From assembly GCA_037444445.1 (NCBI GenBank), contig JBBIMK010000022.1:1014-33013 (forward strand): a stretch of DNA of 32,000 bases. Reading direction: 5' to 3'. Positions 15,620-24,800 of this stretch are shown here, one piece after another. Both the position numbers and the translations under genes were made by a program. Origin of the DNA: a bacterium. Lineage in GTDB: Bacteria > UBP7 > UBA6624 > JBBIMK01. Under the pieces are notes generated by a model that saw nothing but the letters and a program-made list of their open reading frames with translations, did no database searches and was not told the origin of the DNA. Within the stretch, counting starts at the first letter, position 1, and each line of letters begins with the position of its first letter.

Positions 15620-16963
15620 ATGGGAGATAAAGAGGGAAAAGGGAATGGAGAAAAGGGAAAGGGGAATGGAGGAGGAATACTCGCTTTATGGATGTTTCCA
15701 CTGTGGGCGCTGGTTTCTTGCAGCGGTCCTACTGGCATCTCGCCTGGTCCTTTTCCCAGTTATGTAGAGGGGTATGTGCTGAGGGGTGGGAGTATTTCAC
15801 CCTCCGGTGAAGGCTCGCCCTCTTCGGCGAACTCCTGCGGTTCTCCTGCAGGCTATGAGCCTATAGCGGGAGCGAGCGTGAGCCTTCTGGCTTCCTCTTA
15901 CTTCACCACTACGAATTCTTCTGGATATTTTCGGCTGTATGCTCCACAGGGCAGTGAGACCCTTTCCGTATCCGGGACGGGCTATAAAACCACCACTTAT
16001 CCCGTAAATATACCGGAAACGGGGCCAGCAGGGTTCGGCACTCAGAATTGCATTTCTCTGCCGAGAGATGATACGACAGCGTTTGCAACTTCAATTTCAC
16101 AGGTGGATACGAGTGTGCCTTCCGCGATTGGAGTGTTTTCTGCTGTGGCGGATGCCACGGGAAAGCAGGTTCTGGGTATGCCTGCAAACTCATTCTCCGT
16201 CCGCATAGGGGATGAGAACGGGCTCAATTTCCAGCCCATTCCTATCCTCTCCGTTCAGCAACTTACAGGCTCGGGAGAAGCGTATGAGCCATTTTCCGCC
16301 GTCCTCGTTCTGGATGCCAGCGATTCTATGAATAACCCTGCAGGGGGTGGCAAGAGAAAAATTGACCTGGCGCGGGAGGCGGCAGAGTATTTCGTCCAGC
16401 ATAAAGCGAGTGGCGATGAGGTTGCCCTGATTATCTTTGACCACCGCATCACCTTCCATCAGGACTTCACCACGAATTCAGCGGTCCTTCTGCAGGCTTT
16501 GAAATCGTATGACCCCGACGACCCGGGATATAAATGGGGAGGGAGCACCGCTTATTACGATGCCGCCTACGAGGGAACCCAGCGCCTGAACCCTCGCTCA
16601 ACACGGAGAAAATATAATATCACCCTGACAGATGGCCTGGACAATTCCAGTGTTCACACCTATATGGAAGTGATACTGACCGCTCACAATGCGGGCATAC
16701 CGGTTTATACCGTGGGCGTGGGACCGGATGCGGATAAGCAGATTTTGAAGAACATCGCCGACGGCACGGGCGGGCAGTTCACTGAAGTGAACGATGCCAC
16801 GAAAATCCCCGATGCCTTCGCCGGCATCCTCACCCAGGCGCAGTATACCTACCGGCTTGTGCTGAATACTTCAGGACTGTCCACCGGTCAGCACACCATA
16901 GAACTGGCGGTGAACTTCGCCGGGATAACCGGCACCGCCTACCAGATTTTCACCCAGCCCTGA
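15620..16963 (+). CDS. von Willebrand factor A (VWA) domain lipoprotein with N-terminal CarboxypepD_reg-like domain
   Basis: Track ORF 15581-16963. Preferred start is ATG 15620. Lipobox ALVSC. IAGASVSLL...TNSSGYFRLYAP...TGYKTTT resembles a carboxypeptidase-regulatory-like beta-sandwich. VWA MIDAS motif VLVLDASDSM plus ITLTDGLDNSS and VYTVGVG. Confidence 0.75.
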   Translation: MGDKEGKGNGEKGKGNGGGILALWMFPLWALVSCSGPTGISPGPFPSYVEGYVLRGGSISPSGEGSPSSANSCGSPAGYEPIAGASVSLLASSYFTTTNSSGYFRLYAPQGSETLSVSGTGYKTTTYPVNIPETGPAGFGTQNCISLPRDDTTAFATSISQVDTSVPSAIGVFSAVADATGKQVLGMPANSFSVRIGDENGLNFQPIPILSVQQLTGSGEAYEPFSAVLVLDASDSMNNPAGGGKRKIDLAREAAEYFVQHKASGDEVALIIFDHRITFHQDFTTNSAVLLQALKSYDPDDPGYKWGGSTAYYDAAYEGTQRLNPRSTRRKYNITLTDGLDNSSVHTYMEVILTAHNAGIPVYTVGVGPDADKQILKNIADGTGGQFTEVNDATKIPDAFAGILTQAQYTYRLVLNTSGLSTGQHTIELAVNFAGITGTAYQIFTQP

Positions 16964-17007
16964 AATAACTGAACTTTTGGGGTCTGACCCCAAAAGGTGA
17001 CATTATT
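16964..17007. repeat. REP/REPIN-like palindrome, copy 5 (arms A/B chimera)
   Basis: aataactgaa-ctttt-GGGGTCTGACCCC-aaaag-gtgacattatt. Begins the base after the TGA stop (16961-16963) of the VWA gene and lies upstream of RayT-like gene 2. Confidence 0.85.
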
Positions 17008-17030
17008 TCGCGATATAATTTAGAATCAGG

Positions 17031-17972
17031 ATGCCGCGTTCACTTCGCATAGAATTTGAGGGGGCCTTTTATCACATTTACTCCCGAGGGAATAACCGTC
17101 AACCCATCTTTCGTGATGATAATGACTTCCTCTATTTCTTAAAAAATCTGGAAAAGCAGAGGGAAAAATTTCGGGTCCGGTTATATGCCTTTTCCCTTTT
17201 GAACACTCACTTCCATTTCCTACTGGAAACGGAGAAGGCGAATCTATCCCGAATGATGCACGATTTTTTGACAAAATATGCGGTCTATTTCAAGAAAAAG
17301 TATGCGGCGGAAGGGCATATATTTCAGGGGCGTTATCAAGCCATTCTGTGCGACCGGGATTCCTATTTACTGGCGCTGAGCCGATATATTCACTTAAACC
17401 CCTATCACGCAGGTCTGTGCGATGACCCTCTCCAGTATCCCTGGAGCAGTCTACCCGTCTACCTGGGTATGCCCTGCAAGTATTCATTAAAGGTGGAAAC
17501 AGCGCTGATTTTGCAGTTGATGGGAGGGGAGGCTCATTATCTAAAATATATTCGGGATGAAATCCAGGGGGCGAGCAAGCCATGGTGTCCAGCGCCCCGT
17601 TATTCTTTTTTAGGGTCGGGTGAATTCGTGAAAGGAGTTCTGGAGAAGTTAAAGGAGCGGAGGTGGGAAGCCCGTCATCTGGATAGTCTTCAGAAAAAGT
17701 TTGTGCTGGAGACAGGAGAGACCCCATTTAGAAATCTGGCCCGCCAAGTTTGCGAATTTTATCATATACCTGAGGAAAGCCTTTTCAGTAAGAGCCGAAA
17801 GAGAAAGGTGGTAAAGGCTCGCGGGGTTCTGGCTCTTCTATCAAAGGAAAGACTGGGGTTAAAACTCTCGGGTTTGAGTGAGAAATTGGGAATGGGGAAA
17901 AGAACGCTGCTCCGGTGTATGGAGAGGATAAGCAAGGATGAAAGGATAAAGAAGGATATGGAGGTGATTTAA
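17031..17972 (+). CDS. REP-associated tyrosine (HUH/Y1, IS200-like) transposase-like protein, paralog 2
   Basis: 313 aa and colinear with 8506-9450. The N-terminal ~150 aa are highly similar by eye (FYHIYSRGNNRQPIF, NTHFHFLLE, GHIFQGRYQAIL, RYIHLNPYHAGL...YPWSS). The C-terminal half is more diverged but keeps the ARGVLALLSKERLGLKLSGLSEKLG HTH-like segment. Confidence 0.8.
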   Translation: MPRSLRIEFEGAFYHIYSRGNNRQPIFRDDNDFLYFLKNLEKQREKFRVRLYAFSLLNTHFHFLLETEKANLSRMMHDFLTKYAVYFKKKYAAEGHIFQGRYQAILCDRDSYLLALSRYIHLNPYHAGLCDDPLQYPWSSLPVYLGMPCKYSLKVETALILQLMGGEAHYLKYIRDEIQGASKPWCPAPRYSFLGSGEFVKGVLEKLKERRWEARHLDSLQKKFVLETGETPFRNLARQVCEFYHIPEESLFSKSRKRKVVKARGVLALLSKERLGLKLSGLSEKLGMGKRTLLRCMERISKDERIKKDMEVI

Positions 17973-17973
17973 G

Positions 17974-18018
17974 AATAATGTCCATGTTTGGGGTCTGACC
18001 CCAAAAGGTGACATTATT
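17974..18018. repeat. REP/REPIN-like palindrome, copy 6 (arms B/B)
   Basis: aataatgtcc-atgttt-GGGGTCTGACCCC-aaaag-gtgacattatt. Fills almost the whole gap between stop 17970-17972 and the next ATG at 18028. Confidence 0.85.
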
Positions 18019-18027
18019 TGTTTCAGG

Positions 18028-18891
18028 ATGAAAAAAATAGGTTTTATCGGGCTGGGGAAGATGGGGAAGCCGATGGCACTGAACCTTTATCAAGCAGGTT
18101 TTCCTCTGATGGTGTATAACCGCACGCGGGCGAAGACGAAAGAGTTTGAGGAGAAAGGGGTGCCGGTGGCAGGCTCCATAAGGGAGTTATCCTCCTCCTC
18201 TCAAGTTATCATCACGATGTTGACCGATGAGCCCACGGTGGAGGAGGTGATACGCGGGGAGGGGGGAGTTTTATCCGGTGCATTACCTGAAACGATTCTG
18301 ATAGATATGACAACTGTCTCTCCATCTTTCTCACGAAAGATGCATGAATATCTGCGTCTGAAGGGCTTGAAATTTCTGGATGCGCCGGTTTTAGGGAGTG
18401 TTCGCCCGGCGGAGGAAGGAACCCTCATTATTATGGTGGGCGGGGAAAAGGAAGTGTATGAGGAATGCCGGCCCATTTTTGAGGCTCTGGGGAAGGATAT
18501 TTTCTACCTGGGGGGAAGCGGAATGGGCACTTCTATGAAATTAGTTGCCAACCTTCTATTGGGCGTTTTTATGAGTGGGACCGCTGAGGCATTCCATCTG
18601 GCGAAAAAGGAGGGGCTATCGCCCGAGCAAGTGGCTCAGGTTCTTTCCGCCTCTGTAATTATCTCTCCATCGCTGAAAGCAAAGTTTCCTCTTTTCTTGA
18701 AAGACCGGTATGAGCCTCATTTCTCACTACGGCACATGAGGAAGGACCTTCGGCTGATGCTGGATACTGCTGACGAATTAAATATAGAACTGCCTCTGGT
18801 GAAGGAGGCTCATCATCTTTATTCCGAGGCGGTGGAGGAAGGGTACGGCGACCTGGATTATTCCGCGGTGGTCAAGTATCTGGCGAGGTAA
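18028..18891 (+). CDS. NAD(P)-dependent oxidoreductase, 3-hydroxyisobutyrate dehydrogenase / 6-phosphogluconate dehydrogenase-like family
   Basis: 287 aa. Rossmann motif KIGFIGLGKMGKPMALNL, FLDAPVLGS, and MKLVANLL, typical of the HIBADH/tartronate semialdehyde reductase family. Confidence 0.8.
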   Translation: MKKIGFIGLGKMGKPMALNLYQAGFPLMVYNRTRAKTKEFEEKGVPVAGSIRELSSSSQVIITMLTDEPTVEEVIRGEGGVLSGALPETILIDMTTVSPSFSRKMHEYLRLKGLKFLDAPVLGSVRPAEEGTLIIMVGGEKEVYEECRPIFEALGKDIFYLGGSGMGTSMKLVANLLLGVFMSGTAEAFHLAKKEGLSPEQVAQVLSASVIISPSLKAKFPLFLKDRYEPHFSLRHMRKDLRLMLDTADELNIELPLVKEAHHLYSEAVEEGYGDLDYSAVVKYLAR

Positions 18892-18936
18892 ATAATGTCC
18901 ATATTTGGGGTCAGGCACCAAAAGGTGGCACATATT
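18891..18936. repeat. REP/REPIN-like palindrome, copy 7 (arms B/B, degenerate core)
   Basis: aataatgtcc-atattt-GGGGTCaGgCaCC-aaaag-gtggcacatatt. Overlaps the last base of stop 18889-18891 (+ gene) and the last 8 codons plus stop of the minus-strand gene ending at 18911. Confidence 0.7.
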
Positions 18937-19714
18937 TCTCGAGGAACAGGCGCAGTCGTTCCCGGAACACCCCTTCGGACATAAAGAGAAAGGTCCCATA
19001 AGCAGGCGTCTTGCACTCAGGCACCACCCGCTCCACGGCACCGGAAGGGAAAGCAGAGATAAACTTTTCCACCTCCACAAATCCCGGGGCATCCTTGCAC
19101 GCTCCCACCCACACGGGCACCCCTTTCCACCGGGAAACATTCTTCGCCATCAGTCCCTCCTCCCACCGAAACAGCATCGTCCTCGGCGTGGCAAACGCCA
19201 GCGCTCCTGGCTTCCACACCCCGGGTAAATACGCCACCACCTGCGCCGATGTCCAGCCAGACGCCACAATCCCCACCCGTCTCAAATCCAGATAATCCAG
19301 TCCTTTCAGTCCCTGCCACATCGCCTCAAAATCTTTCCCGATTCCTTCCAGCACCTCCCGGGGAAGATTCGCCGCCCGCTGAAGTTTCACCTCCTGATGC
19401 ACCGTCTCCCCATGCCCGCGAAGGTCAAAAACCACCACCGCATACCCCGCCTTCGTCAGCACCCCCGGTAAATGCTCCGTGCCAATGCTCCAGTCCACCT
19501 TACTCCCCCCATAATCGTGAACCAGAAAAATCACCGCAAACGGAGGCTTCACACGGTCCGTCTCATCCCCCTTCAATGTGGGAAGATAAATCCGATAAGA
19601 CAGGGTGAACCCATCCACCGTTTTGATGACCGGAAGTGCAGAGCCCTTTTTCTCCCCTTCTGCACCTGAAAAAGCCATTAGAAGAACGAGTGCCATCACT
19701 GCCCGCTTCATCAT
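18911..19714 (-). CDS. secreted alpha/beta-hydrolase-fold protein (dienelactone hydrolase-like), nucleophile motif not canonical
   Basis: Track ORF 18911-19774. Preferred start is ATG 19714 (MMKRAVMALVLLMAFSGA signal peptide), preceded by GGTGAAGAGG, which avoids overlap with the upstream gene stop at 19731. Motifs AVIFLVHDYGGS and VVVFDLRGHGET fit the fold. The expected GxSxG position reads VASGWTS. Confidence 0.6.
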   Translation of the reverse strand: MMKRAVMALVLLMAFSGAEGEKKGSALPVIKTVDGFTLSYRIYLPTLKGDETDRVKPPFAVIFLVHDYGGSKVDWSIGTEHLPGVLTKAGYAVVVFDLRGHGETVHQEVKLQRAANLPREVLEGIGKDFEAMWQGLKGLDYLDLRRVGIVASGWTSAQVVAYLPGVWKPGALAFATPRTMLFRWEEGLMAKNVSRWKGVPVWVGACKDAPGFVEVEKFISAFPSGAVERVVPECKTPAYGTFLFMSEGVFRERLRLFLEKYVPPFGA

Positions 19715-19730
19715 CCTCTTCACCACCCTT

Positions 19731-21758
19731 TTATGGCACAAACTCCGGGTCCACAAGTGACAACCCGATGTCATAATCCCCCGTCATCGTTCTGCTCCTG
19801 TCCCGATAGGCTACCAGAATTTCATCCACCGCTGTCCCCGCTCTCGGCATATGCTGCTCCCCGCGCTCGCTGGTAATCACAAATTCGCCCAGCACCCCAC
19901 CGGCGGGATTCCACATCGCACCAAAAATGTCAAACCCGGAATCTGCCACATTCCGCGTATCCATCCAGGCAACAAGGAATTTCTCCGTCTGCGGGTGATA
20001 CGCCACCGAGGTGAGGATTTTTGTGGATGGATAGGTGCTGATGGGAAAAACTGGCTCCACCGGCGGGGAGCCATCCGGGGGAACCAGACGGGCGTAAATG
20101 TCGTAATTCACCCCGGAAATCCGATGAAACGCCACAAGGAATCCGTAGGGAGATGGGGAGATGGAGGGTGCGCCAGCACTCTCCTCAAAATCCGCCACCA
20201 GAAATGAACCCCCAACTCCTCGTCCATCGCTGTCCAGCGCTAAGCCATATATGTCCGTCCCCGTAACCCCTGCCTGCTCATACACCATCAGGGCAGTTCG
20301 CGTGAAAGAGTTTACGGAAACCACCGGCTGGGAGGACGTTCCAGGACCGGAAACCAGCTGCCACGGGGGGGAAGCGGATAGGGCGGGACCGGTGAGCACG
20401 GAGGAGTATATCCTCCCCCCATCCACCCACACCGCAATCACCCGGTCCTCAGAACTCCCCATCCGAACCCGACTGCTGGCATTCAAACCCACACTCACCT
20501 CAATCATTCCACCTTCCACATACGGTGGACCGTCCTTCTTCACCGCCACGGCATAAATCCCGCTATTCCCGGAACCATCCACAGACTCAAATGCCACCAC
20601 AAATCGTCCCCAAACTCCCGGATACGCCACGGAAGGGCGGAGGAAATTCCTCCCCCCATCCTGTGCAATCGGAAACATCTCCCCCTGCGGGATTCCATCC
20701 CGGCTGACCCATTGTCCCCAGACTTCCCATCCTGTGCCCGCACTGCGTTGAAAAACCACAAGGAACCGGTCTTCACCAAACCGCACCGCAGGCTCCCGTT
20801 CATCCTCCGTTGAAATGACCCCGTATCTTCCGGGGCGCTCCGCCCGCTCTTCACTCCCACCACTCTCATTCCCCGCCACATCCACTGCGGTCACCACCAC
20901 ATAATACAATTTCCCATTCTCCAGGTTCCGAACCCGGACGGGAAAAGAAGGAGGAGCGGGAAGCAGGGATGCGTTCCATCGGCAATTGCAGGTCGCCGGG
21001 TCAATCCCTGCCTGCCCGGAGATATACACATTGTATCCCGCTACTCCATTTGCATCGGTTGACCCACTCCATTGAAGGAGAAGGCGCCGGTCTGCCGGGG
21101 TTAAACTCACCGTGGGCGCCCCTGGTGGCGTCTGGTCCACCACAAACACAAACTCCGCAGGCGTCGCATCCTCATTCCCCAATCCATCCCGCGCCCACAC
21201 CCGGAATGTGTGCTCCCCTTCTGTTAGATTGCCCATCGTCAACGGGCTTTCACAGGGCGTAACCTCCTGCCCATTGTGCTCACAGCGAAAGGTCGCTCCC
21301 TGCTCCGGAGAGCGAAACTGAAAAATCACCTGCGCCTGATGGATAAAACAAGGCTGAACAAGATTGCACGGTCCTGCCACGAGTTCCGTCTCCGGTCCTG
21401 TCCGGTCCACCACAAACACAAACTCCGCAGGCGTCGCATCCCTCTGTCCACCTCGCACCGCGCGAACACGAAAGGTATGCTGTCCCTCACCCAGACCGGA
21501 TATGCTCAGGGAATACGGGCTGGTGCAGGGGGAAAACTCCCCACCATCCAGCGCGCACTCAAACTGTGCCCCGGAAGGCGTGGAGGTGAAAGAAATCACC
21601 ACCTGCCCATCCCGGAAAACCGTCTGATTCGGCTCCCAACCGGTAATCTGTGTGTCCGGAACCACCGGCGGCGCGGAACCCCCACCTCCCCCACAACCCG
21701 TAAACACCACTCCCGCAAATACCACAACTCCAATAACCTTCCCTATCTTCATCCCCAT
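19731..21758 (-). CDS. surface lipoprotein: two Ig-like domains, one FN3-like domain and a ~7-repeat beta-propeller-like C-terminal region
   Basis: 675 aa. Signal peptide plus lipobox VFTGC followed by GGGGG. Two ~90-aa domains (FECALDGGEFSPCTSP...HTFRVRAVRGG..DATPAEFVFVVD; FRCEHNGQEVTPCESP...HTFRVWARDGLGNEDATPAEFVFVVD). FN3-like GYNVYISG...KLYYVVVTAVDVAGNES. Seven ~50-aa repeats of pattern P.V......FLV(A/V)(W/F)......DI(Y/F)G. Confidence 0.7.
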   Translation of the reverse strand: MGMKIGKVIGVVVFAGVVFTGCGGGGGSAPPVVPDTQITGWEPNQTVFRDGQVVISFTSTPSGAQFECALDGGEFSPCTSPYSLSISGLGEGQHTFRVRAVRGGQRDATPAEFVFVVDRTGPETELVAGPCNLVQPCFIHQAQVIFQFRSPEQGATFRCEHNGQEVTPCESPLTMGNLTEGEHTFRVWARDGLGNEDATPAEFVFVVDQTPPGAPTVSLTPADRRLLLQWSGSTDANGVAGYNVYISGQAGIDPATCNCRWNASLLPAPPSFPVRVRNLENGKLYYVVVTAVDVAGNESGGSEERAERPGRYGVISTEDEREPAVRFGEDRFLVVFQRSAGTGWEVWGQWVSRDGIPQGEMFPIAQDGGRNFLRPSVAYPGVWGRFVVAFESVDGSGNSGIYAVAVKKDGPPYVEGGMIEVSVGLNASSRVRMGSSEDRVIAVWVDGGRIYSSVLTGPALSASPPWQLVSGPGTSSQPVVSVNSFTRTALMVYEQAGVTGTDIYGLALDSDGRGVGGSFLVADFEESAGAPSISPSPYGFLVAFHRISGVNYDIYARLVPPDGSPPVEPVFPISTYPSTKILTSVAYHPQTEKFLVAWMDTRNVADSGFDIFGAMWNPAGGVLGEFVITSERGEQHMPRAGTAVDEILVAYRDRSRTMTGDYDIGLSLVDPEFVP
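21134..21171 (-). repeat. 38-bp exact repeat (copy 1) marking tandem Ig-like domain duplication
   Basis: ggtccaccacaaacacaaactccgcaggcgtcgcatcc is identical to 21404-21441, 270 bp (90 codons) away. On the coding strand it encodes DATPAEFVFVVD. Confidence 0.85.
21404..21441 (-). repeat. 38-bp exact repeat (copy 2)
   Basis: Identical to 21134-21171. Confidence 0.85.
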
Positions 21759-21812
21759 CTGAAATCGTAACCGGTCACACTCGGGAAAAAAGAGAAAGAA
21801 ACTTCCCCACCT

Positions 21813-21831
21813 CCCCCTCAGGGTGAGGGGG
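21813..21831 (-). terminator. hairpin between the giant gene and the downstream lipoprotein gene (possible partial terminator/attenuator)
   Basis: ccccctca-ggg-tgaggggg gives an 8-bp perfect stem with a 3-nt loop. On the minus strand a T-rich run (tttctttctctttttt) follows about 14 nt later, so the geometry is not canonical. Confidence 0.25.
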
Positions 21832-21865
21832 GACTTCCAGTGGGAAATCCCCCCTCATCAACCCC

Positions 21866-24800
21866 TTACGGGAACAATGGCCAGTCGGTGGCAGAGATGG
21901 TCACCGTTGCCTTCGACTTCGCAAAGGTATTTTCATCCTCCACGGTGAGCACGGTGTAGAACTGCCCGGGCGACTGGAAGAAGTGGGTGGGACCATTCGA
22001 GTCGTGGACTTCCACATACGGCAAAGCGGTGGTGGGTGGAACATCGTTGTCCACAAATCCGCCGTCGCCGAAGTGATAGTGCCAGCCGATATCCTGCCAT
22101 GGAGAGCCTGCACACAGGGATGCGCCGATGAACTCCACCGGGAAGCCACCCGCTGACGGGTCAGGCCAGCCATAGGACGGGTCAACCTTGTGGAACGCTG
22201 CCGCACAGCGCCCTTCGGTGACATAGATGTCCAGGGAAGCATCCGAGTTGGCGTGGGTAGGCGGAAGAGCCAGCCAGGCGGTAAACAGATCGTTGCAGTT
22301 CGCAAACGGTCCGCCAGGGATGGCATTCGCATCCAGAACCTCATCATCGCACACCTTCAGATACACATTCTTCAGACCATTGGTATTGAAGGTGAACGAA
22401 GGATTCTGCGCGGTGGAGTCACAACCCGCTGGATTGAGATTATCCGAGGTCTCCCAGCACCAGGAGATTTCCGACGGGTCATTCAGCCCCAGAGTCCCAT
22501 CGTCCGGGTCATCCGCAAATCCGTAGAAGTTGAAGGTCGCCGGTGTGGTGCCGTAGAGGCTCAACGCGCCGGTGATGCTGAATGGCGCTGAAATTCCCGT
22601 GTTCGCATTCGTGGCAAGCGCATCCGCATACGGCGGTGCAGGATGCCCGTCATCCGCAAAAGTGTAACCATCCGTCTCATTGACCTCCACCGTGATATAC
22701 GCCCAGGACTCGCTGTCATTTCCATCTATTCCGAAGTCACACGGGGAGCCAAACTCCACATCCGACTCATCCTGGATGCATACCGGAATGGTGTATTGCC
22801 CCTGAGGTGGCGTGAACACAGTCGGGTCAAACGGAACCAGAGCACCGGCTGAATACGGTCCTTCACCGGCATCGTTGAAGTCGCCGTCCAGGTTCAGGTC
22901 ATACCAGATTTCCACCCCTGTGGCATCCAGGTCGTCGGAAGTGGATGGCTCAGCGTAGAGACAGATGTTTTCAAACGGAAGATTGGGGGCACCGAAGCCA
23001 TTGAACCCGTTGACCAGATTGGACGGGAGCACTGAACCGATGAGATTGCAGTCCGAGCCGTTGGACTTGACCGAGAGGGTTGGCGGAATGTTATATACCA
23101 CCACCACATAGGCGGAGTAGGACTGCTGGCTTTCATCGTCGGTGACACGGAGCCAGGGACCATAAACGCCCGGTGCAGTGTAATTACAGTTGATGGGGGA
23201 ACCCGAGATATCCACACTGAAGGTGCCGGGATTCCCGCCGAGGTTGTCGCAATCCCAGTCATAGGTCACCGCTCCGCCATCCGGGTCCACGCCAATGGCA
23301 TCCAGGGTGAATCCAGTGGGACCGGGGGCGATGAACACATCGTTCAGGTTCTGAGCCCTACTCAGCGTGTTAAAACCGGTATTTTCCCGAATGTCGGCAG
23401 TGGGTTGGAGGCTGGAGAGGACGACCACCTGGGTGGTGGACATTGCCTGCGAGCCTTCGTCATCCGTCACCCTCAGCGCTGCGATGTAAACACCGGGCGT
23501 TGCGTAGGAGCAGTCAAAGTCAACACCCGTGCCATCCGAAGTGAAGTTCCCGGTGACCGGAGGAGATACAGCGCAATCCCACTCGCGATTTGTGATTGCC
23601 CCCGCATTGTCAATATCACTCGCCTGCGAGGTGAAGGAGGCGGTGAATGGAGCAGAACCCACCAGGTCTGACGGGTCATCGGGCGAATCCGGTCCGCCGC
23701 CATCCGTATCCCGCTCCCGAATGTTGGCATCCGGGTCCCACTCAAAGATGGTGACCATAAGGGAAGCGGTGGAAGAGTCTCCATCCGGGTCCGTCTCGGT
23801 CAGGGTGACGGTTTGCTGACCCGTGGCGGGGTAGGAGCAGGTGGTGGTTGCGCCCGGGGAGGTGCAGGAGGCACCCGCTCCCGTGGTGGTCCAGGAGCAG
23901 GTCACCGCACCGCCTTCAGGGTCCACCCCACGGCATATCAGGTCCACATTGTAGGTCGGAACGCCGGTGAGGTCATCCAGAGATGGGGATGGGTCGCCCA
24001 CATCCGCAGGGTTGTCGTTTTCGAGAATATATGCAGAGGGCGGAAGGTCCAGAATCATCACCTGCAGCGTTGCGGACCTGCTATTCCCCGTGCCGTCGGT
24101 GTTCGTCAGCGTGATGGTGAACTGTGCTGTACCGGATACATCCGCATCCGTGAAGGTGCAGGTGGTGGTGTCGCCCGGGGAGGTGCAGGTTCCTGAAGGA
24201 GCCACGGACCAGGTGGAGGTCACGCCCCGGTTGTTCTGCACCGGCGGATTGTCCAGATGCACATCATCATCCACCCCATAGGCTGTCAGATTCACCACAT
24301 AATTCGGCGGAACGATGCCGGTGAGGTCATTCAGCGTGGGGGTCGGATTCCCACCCGTTGCCACCCCGTCGTCTTCCAGAATGTAAGCGGATGGCGGTCG
24401 GTCAAAAATCACCACCGTGGCAGAGGCATCCGACCTGCAATCATCCGTGAAGTCGTTATAGCCCGGATTGTTCGGATTCTCCGGGTCTGAGAGAGTGCAG
24501 TTCTCCCGAACATTCCGAATCAGAATCACATATTGTCCCACAGCGGTGTAGGTGCAGGAAAGCGGGTCGGAGACATTCGTGGTGTTATTCACATCCGGGG
24601 TGGGGAAGGTGGACTGGTCCCAGGTGGCATCGCCTGCACCGGTGAAACGGCAATCCTTATACCGCTCCACCGCTGTTCCACCAGGCTCCACGCCGAAGGC
24701 ATTATAGTCGGTGGTGTAAGAGCCGGCGCCCAGCCCTCCGGTGAAATCATCCAGAGTGAGCGATGGGTCGCCCACATCCGCAGGGTCGGTCGTCTCACTC

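Larger units (their letters stand above)
16964..18018 (+). mobile_element. REPtron-like unit 2: RayT-like gene bracketed by REP copies 5 and 6
   Basis: The HUH/Y1 gene 17031-17972 has a REP ending 23 nt upstream of its ATG. Another REP starts 2 nt after its stop. Confidence 0.55.

Noticed and set aside
8438-18936. The recurring GGGGTCTGACCCC-containing repeats, considered as a possible CRISPR array.
   Set aside because: The copies are separated by 0.9-5 kb of ordinary genes rather than 25-50-nt spacers. They are themselves long palindromes with variable arms. No cas genes are present.
19715-19774. Upstream extension of the alpha/beta-fold gene to ATG 19774, which would overlap the stop of the lipoprotein gene.
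   Set aside because: The extension encodes a non-signal-like, Cys/His/Arg-rich leader (MTSGCHLWTRSLCHKRVVKR). The internal ATG at 19714 gives a canonical signal peptide and has a purine-rich SD-like sequence.
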